A stretch of 64,000 nt of DNA from Bacilli bacterium (lineage in GTDB: Bacteria > Bacillota_I > Bacilli_A > RF39 > UBA660). The stretch covers positions 10,086 through 74,085 of the forward strand of contig JAFXXB010000032.1 of assembly GCA_017542465.1 (NCBI GenBank), written 5' to 3'. The position numbers were made by a program, and so were the translations under genes. This document shows, one piece after another, positions 29,235-39,761 of the stretch (the stretch's first letter is position 1; each line of letters starts with the position of its first letter). Below the pieces are notes generated by a model. That model did no database searches and was not told the DNA's origin. It was given only the letters and a program-made list of their open reading frames with translations.

Positions 29235-30677
29235 CTATTCTATCAATCTATCTTTAATATTTTTAATTTCTTCATTTAATTGAGGATCTTCTGCTATATC
29301 ATTTCTAATCTTTTCTACACCATGTAATACTGTTGCATGATCTCTATTATATTCTAGACCTATCTTAGTAATAGTTTCTTCAGTTACTATACTGCTTATA
29401 TACCAAGCTACTTGTCTAGCTTTATTAATATTTGCTGTTCTCTTCTTACTCTTTAAGGATTCTTCAGTAACATCATAATATTCTGCTACTGTTTTTCTTA
29501 TTCTTAATAAGTTATTAGTTATATACTGTGTACTATTAAACTCTGAATCTAAAGCATTTATAGCAAATTGTATATCTATAACTGTTGGATTCCACATTGA
29601 TGTTTCAAGTAATAACTTATTAATTATTCCATCTAAACTTCTGTTATCAGCAGGGGAGTTAGATGCTATATAATCATATACTTCTTCTTGCATCATTGAA
29701 TATGCAAGTGTTCCTAATAATCTATTTTTTAATATTTTAATTTTTAATTCTTTATCAGGTGGTTTAATATCTAACGCTATACCTGCAGAGAATCTTGTTA
29801 TTAATCTAGGTTCAAATTTATTTAATTCACTAGGTTTTTTATCAGATGATATTATTATTTGTTTATTTAATCTATGCATACTATCGATAATATTAAATAA
29901 TTCATTTTGAGTAGCTTTTGCTTCAGCCATCATTTGTATATCATCTAGTAATAATACATCTATATTTCTATATTTTTCTTTAAAATGTTCTACTAAAGTA
30001 TAATCTGAATTAGCTGACTTTCTAGTCATATCGATAAATTCATTTATAAAATCACCAGAACTAATATATAAAACCGTTTTATTACTATTTTTAACTATAT
30101 AATTACCTATAGCCATCATAAGGTGAGTTTTACCTGTTCCAGAGTTACCATATAAAAAGAATGGATTATATGAACAACCTGGGTTTTTAGCTACCTCTAA
30201 GGCTACTATTTGAGCTGCTTTATTAACATCACTTATCATATAGTTATCAAAAGTATGATTTGGATTTAAATTACTATCGATTTTTATAAGTTCTTTTTTT
30301 AATTCCTCAGGATCATCATTAGAATTATCTACTATTTCCTGTTTAATTATCTCAAAAGTAGGGGTTAATGAACTTTTATCTTCATAATTAGCATTAATAA
30401 GTTCATTCTTTATAGTATCTGTTTGTAATTCAAAATCATAATTTTTACCAGTAACTTCTTTTAAAGTTTCTTCTATTATATTCTTATAATCTTGATTATC
30501 TAATATTTTTTTCTTTTTAAAGTCTGAGTCTATATATAGAATAGCAGTGGTATCAAGGTCAAGTATTTGCATATTCTTGAACCATGCATTATATAATGCA
30601 GTAGAAACTTTTGCTTGTATTGATTGTAAAAATAATGATGTAGCTTTGTCTAAAGAAAGCGTTTCTTCCACATTCAT
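29235..30677 (-). CDS. dnaA: chromosomal replication initiator protein DnaA
   Basis: 480 aa. NPFFLYGNSGTGKTHL, LLLDDIQ and the domain IV DHATVLHG motif. Confidence 0.95.
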   Translation of the reverse strand: MNVEETLSLDKATSLFLQSIQAKVSTALYNAWFKNMQILDLDTTAILYIDSDFKKKKILDNQDYKNIIEETLKEVTGKNYDFELQTDTIKNELINANYEDKSSLTPTFEIIKQEIVDNSNDDPEELKKELIKIDSNLNPNHTFDNYMISDVNKAAQIVALEVAKNPGCSYNPFFLYGNSGTGKTHLMMAIGNYIVKNSNKTVLYISSGDFINEFIDMTRKSANSDYTLVEHFKEKYRNIDVLLLDDIQMMAEAKATQNELFNIIDSMHRLNKQIIISSDKKPSELNKFEPRLITRFSAGIALDIKPPDKELKIKILKNRLLGTLAYSMMQEEVYDYIASNSPADNRSLDGIINKLLLETSMWNPTVIDIQFAINALDSEFNSTQYITNNLLRIRKTVAEYYDVTEESLKSKKRTANINKARQVAWYISSIVTEETITKIGLEYNRDHATVLHGVEKIRNDIAEDPQLNEEIKNIKDRLIE

Positions 30678-30739
30678 ATAACCACCCTGTTCTATTTTTC
30701 TAACACTAAAAACATTATAATAACTCCTTGTTCAAAAAG

Positions 30740-30935
30740 TAAATAGTTGAAAACATTTCTTTACTTTTCAATAAGTTATCAACCTAATTATCAACGTTTA
30801 ATGTCCTATTATAACGTGTCAAATCATACTTTTCAACGTTTTCAACAAATTTTAATTAACTTTTCAACGTATATGTGGAAAACCTCATTGTTGAAAGTGT
30901 TAATATCGTTTAAAAGTCTTATTATCTACGAAAAT
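30740..30935. promoter_or_regulatory. oriC segment upstream of dnaA: cluster of DnaA-box variants TTWTCAACN/TTTTCCACA
   Basis: At least 9 boxes in both orientations start at 30746, 30765, 30776, 30788, 30830, 30839, 30861, 30874 and 30889. The region lies between divergent dnaA and rpmH. Confidence 0.75.
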
Positions 30936-30938
30936 TGG

Positions 30939-30967
30939 TTGACTTGATTATATTAATATAATATAAT
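30939..30967 (+). promoter_or_regulatory. sigma-70-type promoter of rpmH
   Basis: TTGACT, a 17-nt spacer, then TATAAT. Confidence 0.6.
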
Positions 30968-30999
30968 AACCTTGCATTTGAGATGTGGAGGTGTAATTT

Positions 31000-31125
31000 A
31001 TGAAGAGACCATTTCAACCAAATAATAGAAAAAAAGCTAAAAAACATGGATTCTTTGCACGTAAAGGTACAAACGTTTTAAAGACTAGAAGAGCAAAAGG
31101 AAGAAAAAATTTAATAACTAAATAA
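31000..31125 (+). CDS. rpmH: 50S ribosomal protein L34
   Basis: Not in the ORF track because it is under 60 aa. It reads [41 protein letters not shown] and has a ggaggtg RBS. Confidence 0.92.
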   Translation: MKRPFQPNNRKKAKKHGFFARKGTNVLKTRRAKGRKNLITK

Positions 31126-31165
31126 TCCACTTTATAAGTGGTTTTTATTTTATGGAGGTGTATTA

Positions 31166-31486
31166 ATGAAGAAATATGAAATAGTAAAAGAACATAAAGA
31201 TTTTGATGATATCATTAATACAGGTAAATATAAAAAGGGTAATTATTTTGTTATATATAATAAGGAAAAGGAAAATAACAAAAGATTTGGTATAGCTGTA
31301 TCTAAGAAATGTGGTCATGCAGTTGTACGTAATAGATTAAAAAGGGTTACTCGTATGATACTAGAGACTAATAAAAATATGTTTAAAAATAACAACGATT
31401 ATATTATAATAGTGAAGACGAGTGCAGTAGATATTCCATATGCTGCATTGGAGAAAGATATATTAAATATAATAAAGGGTGATTAA
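31166..31486 (+). CDS. rnpA: ribonuclease P protein component
   Basis: 106 aa. FGIAVSKK.G.AV.RNR.KR motif. Position is after rpmH. Confidence 0.9.
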   Translation: MKKYEIVKEHKDFDDIINTGKYKKGNYFVIYNKEKENNKRFGIAVSKKCGHAVVRNRLKRVTRMILETNKNMFKNNNDYIIIVKTSAVDIPYAALEKDILNIIKGD

Positions 31487-32429
31487 ATTGAAGAATACTA
31501 AAAAAGTATTATTAGTGCTTCTAGTAGTTATTATTACCATGACTGGATGTACTAAACAAATACAAACAGAGGATAAAAAGAGAGTACAAAATGATCAAAC
31601 AGGACAAACATTAACATCTAACATTTTATGTTTACCTAAAGATGAACAATTATTAAATAAATATACTGAATATAAAGATAGATTAGATGTTGATATGGAT
31701 AAATTAGTTACATGTGATCGAATGAGTGCATGGAAAACTGATAAATATGATGGTATTTGGACTCAAATATTTGTTCAACCATTATCATGGCTAATCTTAT
31801 ATGTAGGTCAACTTGTTGGTAACTATGGTATTTCAGTAATGATAATTGGTGCTTTAATAAGAGTATTAATACTACCATTTACTATTAAATCAACAAAACA
31901 AACTGAAGCTATGAAGAAGATTCAACCAGAAATGGAAAGACTTGAAAGAAAATATGCTGGTAAAGATGATCAACAAAGTCAAATGGCTAAATCACAAGAA
32001 ATGATGATGATTTATAAGAAACATAATGTTAATCCATTAGGATCATGTTTAATTATGTTAATTCAATTACCTGTATTCTTTGCTTTCTTAGAGGCAATCA
32101 ATAGAACTCCAGCAATATTTGAAAATAGTTTATGGAAGTTCCAATTAGGTACAACACCATTATTTGGTATACAACATGGTAATTATTGGTATATACTATT
32201 ACTTATATTAATTATGTTATTTACAATTTTAACATTCATGCAATCACAAGCAAGCATGGGAAATAGTAAAGAACAAAAAGGACAACAAAGAATGATGACA
32301 ATCATGATGATAGGTTTCATTGGAATTGCTTCAATTAACTTACCATCAGCAATTGCATTATATTGGGTGGTAACAAATGTTTTCTCTGTAGTACAAACAT
32401 TTATTATAAAGAAAGTAGGTAATAAGTAA
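31479..32429 (+). CDS. yidC: membrane protein insertase YidC (lipoprotein type)
   Basis: Lipobox ITMTGC and the conserved YidC core (PLS..LI, MK.IQPEM, NP..GCL..L.Q.P). The real start is probably TTG at 31488, after the aagggtga RBS. Confidence 0.9.
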   Translation: MIKLKNTKKVLLVLLVVIITMTGCTKQIQTEDKKRVQNDQTGQTLTSNILCLPKDEQLLNKYTEYKDRLDVDMDKLVTCDRMSAWKTDKYDGIWTQIFVQPLSWLILYVGQLVGNYGISVMIIGALIRVLILPFTIKSTKQTEAMKKIQPEMERLERKYAGKDDQQSQMAKSQEMMMIYKKHNVNPLGSCLIMLIQLPVFFAFLEAINRTPAIFENSLWKFQLGTTPLFGIQHGNYWYILLLILIMLFTILTFMQSQASMGNSKEQKGQQRMMTIMMIGFIGIASINLPSAIALYWVVTNVFSVVQTFIIKKVGNK

Positions 32430-33043
32430 TGGAAGAAAAGTTATACGAAGGCCAAGATAAACAAGAATTAATTAACAAGGCTTTAGAAGAACTAGAATGC
32501 ACTGAAGATGATATATTATATTCAGTAACAAAGGATAAAGTAGGGTTATTTAAGAAAGAAGTAGTTAAACTTCATGTGTTTAAGATGACTGATGTAGTTG
32601 AATTCGTAAAGAATTACTTAGAAGACTTAACTAAAGATATGGGTTTAGATGTACAATTTGAAACTAAAGTAAGGGAAAAACAAATAACAGTTAGAATGTT
32701 CTCAGACAATAATAACATTTTAATTGGTAAACAAGGTAAAACATTACAAGCATTAACTACAGTAGTTAAACAAGTAGTTAAGAATAAAACTGGTTGTTAT
32801 CCATATATATTATTAGATGTATCTAATTATAAAGAAAATCAAGAAAAATATTTAATTAGAGCAGCTAAGAATATAGCTAAAGAAGTTGAAGAAACTAAAG
32901 TTCCTGTAACAATGGAAAACATGAACTCATATGAAAGAAGAATAATACATAATTATATATCTGAAAAGTTCAGTACAGTTTATACTGAATCTGAAGGTGA
33001 AGAACCTAATAGACATATAGTTGTAAAACCAAAAGAGGATTAG
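32429..33043 (+). CDS. jag: RNA-binding protein Jag/KhpB (Jag-N, KH, R3H)
   Basis: IGKQGKTLQAL (KH) and ERRIIHN (R3H). TAATG overlap with yidC. Confidence 0.88.
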   Translation: MEEKLYEGQDKQELINKALEELECTEDDILYSVTKDKVGLFKKEVVKLHVFKMTDVVEFVKNYLEDLTKDMGLDVQFETKVREKQITVRMFSDNNNILIGKQGKTLQALTTVVKQVVKNKTGCYPYILLDVSNYKENQEKYLIRAAKNIAKEVEETKVPVTMENMNSYERRIIHNYISEKFSTVYTESEGEEPNRHIVVKPKED

Positions 33044-33058
33044 TCCTCTTTTTATTTT
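33033..33058 (+). terminator. rho-independent terminator after jag
   Basis: aagagga-ttag-tcctctt followed by tttatttt. Confidence 0.6.
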
Positions 33059-33109
33059 GTAATAAGGCATTAAAGTGTTATAATACAATTGCTTATTGGG
33101 GTGAATTAC

Positions 33110-34456
33110 ATGAATGAAAATATATGTGCAATCTCAACTGCATTAGGAGTAGGTGCTATTTCTATTATTAGAGCATCTGGACCTGATGTTATTAATATAG
33201 TAAATGAAATATGTGATATAGATTTATCTAGTAAGACATCACATACTATTTCGTATGCACATATATTAAATAATAAAGAAGTAATAGATGAAGTATTAAT
33301 CATGTTAATGAAAGCTCCTAAGACATTTACTAAGGAAGATGTTATAGAAATTAATTCACATGGAGGTATATCTACAACAAATAAAATACTAGAGTTATTA
33401 TTAACTCATGGATGTAGATTAGCAGAACCTGGTGAATTTACTAAAAAAGCTTACCTTAATGGAAGAATAGATTTACTTGAAGCTGAAGGTATAAATGATT
33501 TAATTGTAGCTGAAACTGAAAAATCACGTAAGTTAGCTATGAATAGAGTAGAAGGTAACTTATCTAAATTAATTAAGAAACATAGAAAAGAACTTGTATC
33601 ATTACAAGCTGAGCTTGAAGTAATATTTGATTATCCAGATGAAATAGAAGAAGAAATATCATATGATAAGATCTTAGATGGATTAAATAATATAAAGAAT
33701 GATTTAGATAAACTAGTAGATAGTTATTCATCATCTCAAATAATTAAAGATGGTATTGATGTAGCTTTAGTAGGTAAACCTAATGTAGGTAAGAGTTCTA
33801 TACTTAATCATTTATTAAATGAAGATAAAGCTATAGTAACTAATATAGCTGGTACTACAAGAGATATTGTCGAAGGATCAATTACTTTAAATGGTATTAA
33901 AATAAACCTAATTGATACTGCAGGTATCAGAGAAACTGATGATGTAGTTGAGAAAATTGGTGTAGATAAATCTAAAGATATTATTAATAAGGCTAATTTA
34001 GTTATATTTATATTAGATAATAATACAGAGTTAACTAATGATGAAAAAGAATTATTAGATTCTTTAAATGATGTTAAAAAGATAATATTTATTAACAAGA
34101 ATGATTTAGATCAAAAGATAGATATATCTAATATTAAAGAAGAAATAGTATATGGTAATACTACAACTCCTGAAGGATTAGATAATCTTAAGAATAAAAT
34201 AATAGAATTATTTAATTTAAATGAATTAGATAGTAATAATTATAATTATTTAACTAATGCAAGAGAATTATCACTTGTTAAACAAGCAGTAGAACATATA
34301 ACTGATGCTATTAAGAATACAAAGGATGAATTACCTTTTGAAATAATAGCAGATGATATTAAAGTAACATATGAATTATTAGGTGAAGTAATAGGTGAAA
34401 CATACACTGAAGACTTACTTGATGAGATATTTACTAAGTTCTGTGTAGGAAAGTAG
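33110..34456 (+). CDS. mnmE: tRNA modification GTPase MnmE
   Basis: GKPNVGKSS, DTAGIR and the C-terminal FCVGK. The start is taken at MNENICAIST (ggggtga RBS). Confidence 0.93.
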   Translation: MNENICAISTALGVGAISIIRASGPDVINIVNEICDIDLSSKTSHTISYAHILNNKEVIDEVLIMLMKAPKTFTKEDVIEINSHGGISTTNKILELLLTHGCRLAEPGEFTKKAYLNGRIDLLEAEGINDLIVAETEKSRKLAMNRVEGNLSKLIKKHRKELVSLQAELEVIFDYPDEIEEEISYDKILDGLNNIKNDLDKLVDSYSSSQIIKDGIDVALVGKPNVGKSSILNHLLNEDKAIVTNIAGTTRDIVEGSITLNGIKINLIDTAGIRETDDVVEKIGVDKSKDIINKANLVIFILDNNTELTNDEKELLDSLNDVKKIIFINKNDLDQKIDISNIKEEIVYGNTTTPEGLDNLKNKIIELFNLNELDSNNYNYLTNARELSLVKQAVEHITDAIKNTKDELPFEIIADDIKVTYELLGEVIGETYTEDLLDEIFTKFCVGK

Positions 34457-34464
34457 GTGATTAT

Positions 34465-36318
34465 ATGGAATATGACGTAATAGTTGTAGGTGCAGGACAT
34501 GCAGGATGTGAAGCAGCTAATGCACCAGCTAAAATGGGATTAAAAGTATTACTTATAACATCTAATCTTAAAAATATTGCTGATATGCCATGTAATCCAT
34601 CTATAGGTGGTACTGCTAAAGGTATAGTTGTAAGAGAAATAGATGCTCTAGGTGGTCTAATGGGACGTGTAGCTGATATTTCACATCTACAAATAAAGAT
34701 GTTAAATTCAGGTAAGGGTCCAGCAGTTAAATCATTAAGAGCACAAGGTGATAAAGTAGTATATCCTCAAAATATGGTTAAAGAATTAAAGAAATTAGAT
34801 AATTTAACTATTGAAGAGGGAATGGTAGAAGATTTAATAGTTGAAGATAATACTATTAAAGGTATTATTACAGCTGATGGAAGAAAATTTAAATGTAAGA
34901 CTTTAGTTCTTACAACAGGAACTTATCTTAAATCTAAGATACTTGTAGGTGATACACATAAGTTTGAAGGTCCACATGGTGAAGAATCATCTAAACATTT
35001 ATCTGATAAATTAAGAGAATTAGGATTTGAAATACAAAGACTTAAAACAGGTACTCCTCAAAGATTAGATCCTAATACAGTTGATTATACTGTTCTTGAA
35101 AGAGAAGATGGAGATTTAACTCCTTGGACTTTTTCATTTGATATAGAACCTCAATATGATGTTAATAATCAAGTACCTTGTTATATAGTTTATACAAATG
35201 AAAATACACATAAGATTATCATGGATAATCTAGATAAATCTGCTATGTATGGTGGATATGCTGAAGGTATAGGACCTAGATATTGTCCTTCTATAGAAGA
35301 TAAAGTAGTAAGATTTAAAGATAAAGAAAGACATCAATTATTCTTAGAGCCTGAATCAGCTTATTATCCAGATCTTTATTTACAAGGATTTTCAACATCT
35401 ATGCCTGTAGATGTACAAGATAAGATGGTACATTCATTAAAAGGTTTAGAGAATGTTAAAATACTTAAATATGCATATGCTATTGAATATGATGCTATTA
35501 ATCCATTACAAATGTATCCAAGTGAAGAATCTAAGATAATTAAGAACTTATATACTGCAGGCCAAATAAATGGTACTTCAGGATATGAAGAAGCTGCAGG
35601 ACAAGGGTTAATTGCTGGTATAAATGCAGGATTAAAGTGTCTTGGTAAAGAACCACTAATATTAAAAAGGAATGAATCTTATATAGGTGTATTATTAGAT
35701 GATTTAACTACTAAAGGTACTAAAGAACCATATAGATTACTTACATCAAGAGCAGAGTATAGATTAATCTTACGTCATGACAATGCTGATCAAAGATTAA
35801 GAAAATATGGTTATGAAGTAGGTACTATCAATCAAGAACAAATGGATAGATTAAATAAGAAGTTAAATGATATAAATGATTTAATTAATGAACTTAAAGA
35901 AGTAAGAGTAACATCTAAGAATGTAACTGATACTATAAAATCAGCTATAGGTAAATTAAATAAAGGTGAATCTTTATATGAATTACTAAAAAGACCTGAA
36001 ATAAAGATAGATTATTTAAGAGAATATATTACTTCTAATTATTCAGATGAAATATTTAATATAGTCGAAATACAAGTTAAATATGAAGGTTACATTGCTA
36101 AAACTAATAAAGAAGTAGAAAGAATGTTAAAACTAGAAGAAAAAGAAATACCATCAGATATTAATTATGATGATGTTAAGAATTTAGCAAGTGAAGCAAG
36201 ACAAAAATTAAAGCAAGTATTACCTTTAACTATTGCTCAAGCATCACGTATATCTGGTGTTAATCCATCTGATATTGCGGTATTATCAGTATATTTAAAG
36301 AAAAACTATAATAAGTAG
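34465..36318 (+). CDS. mnmG: tRNA uridine 5-carboxymethylaminomethyl modification enzyme MnmG
   Basis: YDVIVVGAGHAGCEAA FAD motif and full-length GidA similarity. Confidence 0.95.
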   Translation: MEYDVIVVGAGHAGCEAANAPAKMGLKVLLITSNLKNIADMPCNPSIGGTAKGIVVREIDALGGLMGRVADISHLQIKMLNSGKGPAVKSLRAQGDKVVYPQNMVKELKKLDNLTIEEGMVEDLIVEDNTIKGIITADGRKFKCKTLVLTTGTYLKSKILVGDTHKFEGPHGEESSKHLSDKLRELGFEIQRLKTGTPQRLDPNTVDYTVLEREDGDLTPWTFSFDIEPQYDVNNQVPCYIVYTNENTHKIIMDNLDKSAMYGGYAEGIGPRYCPSIEDKVVRFKDKERHQLFLEPESAYYPDLYLQGFSTSMPVDVQDKMVHSLKGLENVKILKYAYAIEYDAINPLQMYPSEESKIIKNLYTAGQINGTSGYEEAAGQGLIAGINAGLKCLGKEPLILKRNESYIGVLLDDLTTKGTKEPYRLLTSRAEYRLILRHDNADQRLRKYGYEVGTINQEQMDRLNKKLNDINDLINELKEVRVTSKNVTDTIKSAIGKLNKGESLYELLKRPEIKIDYLREYITSNYSDEIFNIVEIQVKYEGYIAKTNKEVERMLKLEEKEIPSDINYDDVKNLASEARQKLKQVLPLTIAQASRISGVNPSDIAVLSVYLKKNYNK

Positions 36319-36325
36319 GTATTAT

Positions 36326-37027
36326 ATGAATAAAGAAGAATTTGTTAATAAGTTAAAAGATTTAAACATTGAAATTAATGATGATATATTAAATAAACTA
36401 GATATATATTATAATTTCTTAGTTGAATATAATAGTCATACAAACTTAACTAGTATAACTGATGAAGATGATGTTTATTTAAAACATTTTTATGATTCAC
36501 TTACAATAGTTAAAAGTATAGACTTATCAACAGTAGAATCATTAATAGATGTAGGTACAGGAGCTGGTTTTCCAGGGATGGTACTTGCTATAGTTTATCC
36601 TAATTTAAAGGTTACTTTATTAGATAGTAATAATAAAAGAATTAATTTTTTAAATGAATTAAAAGATAAATTAGGTATAACTAATGTAACTACAATTCAT
36701 GATAGATCTGAAATATATTCAAAGAATCATAAAGATATGTATGATATAGTCACTGCTAGGGCAGTTAAGAACATGAAAGAGTTAACTGAGTTATGTTTAC
36801 CTTTAGTTAAAGTAAATGGCTATTTTATACCTTTAAAAGGCATTATAGAGGATGAATTAGATAATGCTAAAGACATAATAACAAAGATAAATGGTAATAT
36901 AGAAGATATAATATCATTTGAATTACCTAATGGTGATAAAAGAAATATTATAAAAATCAAAAAAATAGATAAGTGTCCTGATAAATATCCAAGAGAATAT
37001 AAAGAGATAGTAAAGGACAATAAATAA
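36326..37027 (+). CDS. rsmG: 16S rRNA (guanine527-N7)-methyltransferase RsmG
   Basis: DVGTGAGFPG motif. Position is after mnmG. Confidence 0.9.
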   Translation: MNKEEFVNKLKDLNIEINDDILNKLDIYYNFLVEYNSHTNLTSITDEDDVYLKHFYDSLTIVKSIDLSTVESLIDVGTGAGFPGMVLAIVYPNLKVTLLDSNNKRINFLNELKDKLGITNVTTIHDRSEIYSKNHKDMYDIVTARAVKNMKELTELCLPLVKVNGYFIPLKGIIEDELDNAKDIITKINGNIEDIISFELPNGDKRNIIKIKKIDKCPDKYPREYKEIVKDNK

Positions 37028-37074
37028 TATATTAAATTATAAGTATAAATAATATAATTAAAGTAGGTGATAAT

Positions 37075-38103
37075 ATGGATTATTTAGATAATATTGATTA
37101 TGAATTTTTATTAGATTTTATGATTGAAAATTATGATGGTATTGGTTTTGATTATGAAGACGTAGTATATAAGCCAGTACAAAAAAAGAATATGTTAGAT
37201 AGAGGATATCAAGAATTTGATGATCGCATATTAAGTAACATGGCATATCTAAATAATAAAAAGAATACAATCAAATATAATGAACAAGATGATTCACATA
37301 GAACTTTTAGATTCATTAAACTAAATTTACCTGATGAAAAACAAGATTTTAAATATAGATTATATTTATGTCCACAAGAACAAAGATTACATGAACTAGT
37401 TAATGAAATAATGACTAGAGGACATGAAAAAGATTTACCATTATATTTAAAATATAGTAGAGAAAATAGATATGATAAATTAATATTCTATATAAGCACA
37501 GATGAACAATATAAAACTATTATTAGTTTATTAGAAGAAATTAAAAAAGCAAAACCATATTTATTTGAATATATGAGCAAAGGACCATCATTCTTATTCC
37601 CAAGTAGATTTGAAGGAGCATATTTAACAGCTAATAAGTTTCCTGCAAATTATAATGGAAAGAAATTCTCATCATATAATAAAGCTTTTACTAATATGTT
37701 AGAAACTATATATAATAAGATGTTATATTTTTATGGTGTTCAAAACTTAAAAGATGTTGAAAATATAGATATGGATGTTTTCAAATCAAAAGTTAAAAAT
37801 GCTGTAATGGAATATGGGTTCTGTTATACTCAAGATAAAGATGGTAATATGAAACGACTAGTAAATGATAATTATCCAGGTGTTGATCAACCATTAAGAT
37901 TTATTTTAACAAAGATAGATGATTATTTAGTATTTGGTAAATTAATAGGTAATAGTAAATATGAATTCAAAGTAACTAAGTATGAAAAAGGTAAGTATAA
38001 ATATCATCCAGAATATACTTTTGAAGAAGATTATAATAATATTACACATGTATTGTATAATAGGCAATTATTCAATAATTATATAGAAACTAATAAAAAA
38101 TAA
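37075..38103 (+). CDS. hypothetical protein (342 aa)
   Basis: aggtga RBS. No confident family. The pattern YRLYLCP....LYLKYS...RYDKLIFY is faintly reminiscent of HopA1/lanthipeptide-lyase-like proteins. This is a very weak call. Confidence 0.45.
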   Translation: MDYLDNIDYEFLLDFMIENYDGIGFDYEDVVYKPVQKKNMLDRGYQEFDDRILSNMAYLNNKKNTIKYNEQDDSHRTFRFIKLNLPDEKQDFKYRLYLCPQEQRLHELVNEIMTRGHEKDLPLYLKYSRENRYDKLIFYISTDEQYKTIISLLEEIKKAKPYLFEYMSKGPSFLFPSRFEGAYLTANKFPANYNGKKFSSYNKAFTNMLETIYNKMLYFYGVQNLKDVENIDMDVFKSKVKNAVMEYGFCYTQDKDGNMKRLVNDNYPGVDQPLRFILTKIDDYLVFGKLIGNSKYEFKVTKYEKGKYKYHPEYTFEEDYNNITHVLYNRQLFNNYIETNKK

Positions 38104-38127
38104 TGTATAATTAAAATAGGTGATAAT

Positions 38128-38613
38128 ATGAAATATTGTAATAAGTGTGGAGCACCTTTAGGTGAAGGTGTTAAATTTTGTACTGGATGTGGTAACAAAA
38201 TTGAAGAACAAAAAGAAATGAAAGTAACAGTATCTAATTCAGATGGTTTATCTGAAGAGGATAATAAAAAAGCTACAAAACTAGGTGTAATATCAATATG
38301 TATGTACTTTGGAGGACCAATTCTATCATATATAGTTAGTTTATTCATAAATATATTTATGGCTGCTATATCATCATCAGCTAATGAAGCTGCAGTTATA
38401 GGTGTTGCTGGGTTCTCATTAATTATAGGCATTATTACATTTGGTATAAGAATAGCATCTTGGGTATTAATGATCATAATGAGAATTAAATATCCTAAGA
38501 ATACATTTGGTAAGATCTTAATGTGGATATATATTGCACTATTAGTATTAAGAATTATATTAATAGTAATAATAATAGCATTCTTTGGTATGTTAATAGC
38601 TGCATATATGTAA
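38128..38613 (+). CDS. zinc-ribbon domain membrane protein
   Basis: N-terminal CNKCGAPL....FCTGCG zinc ribbon followed by 4 TM helices. Confidence 0.6.
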   Translation: MKYCNKCGAPLGEGVKFCTGCGNKIEEQKEMKVTVSNSDGLSEEDNKKATKLGVISICMYFGGPILSYIVSLFINIFMAAISSSANEAAVIGVAGFSLIIGIITFGIRIASWVLMIIMRIKYPKNTFGKILMWIYIALLVLRIILIVIIIAFFGMLIAAYM

Positions 38614-38618
38614 TGTTA

Positions 38619-38647
38619 AACAATAGAGTAATCTATTGTTTTTTTAT
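38619..38647 (+). terminator. rho-independent terminator
   Basis: aacaataga-gtaa-tctattgtt followed by ttttttt. Confidence 0.7.
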
Positions 38648-38690
38648 TATTTAAATAATATAATTATTATTAGAATAGGAGAGGGTTGCT

Positions 38691-39761
38691 ATGAAGATGG
38701 AAGCACAAATTCAAATGATTCCACTTGATCAATTATTACCTAATAGTTTTCAACCAAGAATTGAATTTGATCAAGAATCTATTGAAAGACTTTCAAATTC
38801 AATAAAAGTACATGGTATTATTCTTCCATTAACAGTTAAGAGAGTTAATAATAAGTTTGAGATAATATCAGGTGAAAGAAGATTAAAAGCAGCTCAAATG
38901 GCAGGTTTAACAGCTGTTCCTTGTATTATATGTGCTATTGATGAAAATGAATCAGCAGAGGTATCTATAATTGAAAAATTACATTCACAAGAATTAACAG
39001 CTATTGAAGAAGCTAAGTGTTATAAAAAACTATTAGATAAAGGATATATTAATCAAGACCAATTATTACAACGTATGGGAATTGATGCAGCTAAGTTTGA
39101 AGGTAAATTAAGATTACTTAATTTAGCACAACCTGTTCAAGATGCTTTATTAAAGAATAAGATATCTGAAAAGCATGCAAGATCATTACTTAAGGTATTA
39201 GATCCTAATCAACAAGTAGAATTATTAAATGATGTTATTAATAGTAGATTAACTGTTAAACAACTAGATGATAAAATTGATATATTATTAGGTAATAAAA
39301 CATTAGAAGACTTTGGTGATGAATTAAATATAAATGAAACTAAACCAGAGTTTAGACCTGAAGAATATCAATATAACTCATCTATTAAAGATACAGGAAG
39401 TAATAATCCGTTCTTTAATAATTTAGAGAATGCACCTGTAAGTATGGATGATCCTACGTTATCTATGGGTGAAAATCCATTCTTGGGTGAACAAAGATTT
39501 AAAGAATCAGGCATCATTGATATAGATGGTGATTTAGATGATGATATAGATGTTCCTGGAGAAGAAGTAACAAAGAAAGATGAAATAAATCTTGAGATAT
39601 TCACTCCAAAAGATCTAATGAATGCTATTAAGAAAGTAATAGAAAAGGCTAAAGAAAACGATTTAGATATTAAGATTGAAGAATTTGATTTTACTGATAT
39701 AAATCAAATGATTATTAAAGTAGCTAAAGAGAAAAAAGAAGAAACTGAAGAAACTGCATAA
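38691..39761 (+). CDS. parB: ParB/Spo0J-family chromosome partitioning protein with a long acidic C-terminal extension
   Basis: IPLDQLLPNSFQPR and ISGERRLKAAQMAGL ParB-box motifs, plus an HTH region. Confidence 0.85.
   Translation: MKMEAQIQMIPLDQLLPNSFQPRIEFDQESIERLSNSIKVHGIILPLTVKRVNNKFEIISGERRLKAAQMAGLTAVPCIICAIDENESAEVSIIEKLHSQELTAIEEAKCYKKLLDKGYINQDQLLQRMGIDAAKFEGKLRLLNLAQPVQDALLKNKISEKHARSLLKVLDPNQQVELLNDVINSRLTVKQLDDKIDILLGNKTLEDFGDELNINETKPEFRPEEYQYNSSIKDTGSNNPFFNNLENAPVSMDDPTLSMGENPFLGEQRFKESGIIDIDGDLDDDIDVPGEEVTKKDEINLEIFTPKDLMNAIKKVIEKAKENDLDIKIEEFDFTDINQMIIKVAKEKKEETEETA

Noticed and set aside
30747-30947. 66-aa ORF in the dnaA-rpmH intergenic region
   Set aside because: It coincides exactly with the DnaA-box cluster. 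The repeated 'FQR/FNV' peptide pattern is simply the translated TTTTCAACG repeats. This is oriC, not a gene.
38079-38477. 132-aa minus-strand ORF
   Set aside because: It is antisense to the zinc-ribbon membrane protein gene and the end of the 342-aa gene. The plus-strand genes have RBSs, a terminator and sensible domain features. The minus ORF has none.
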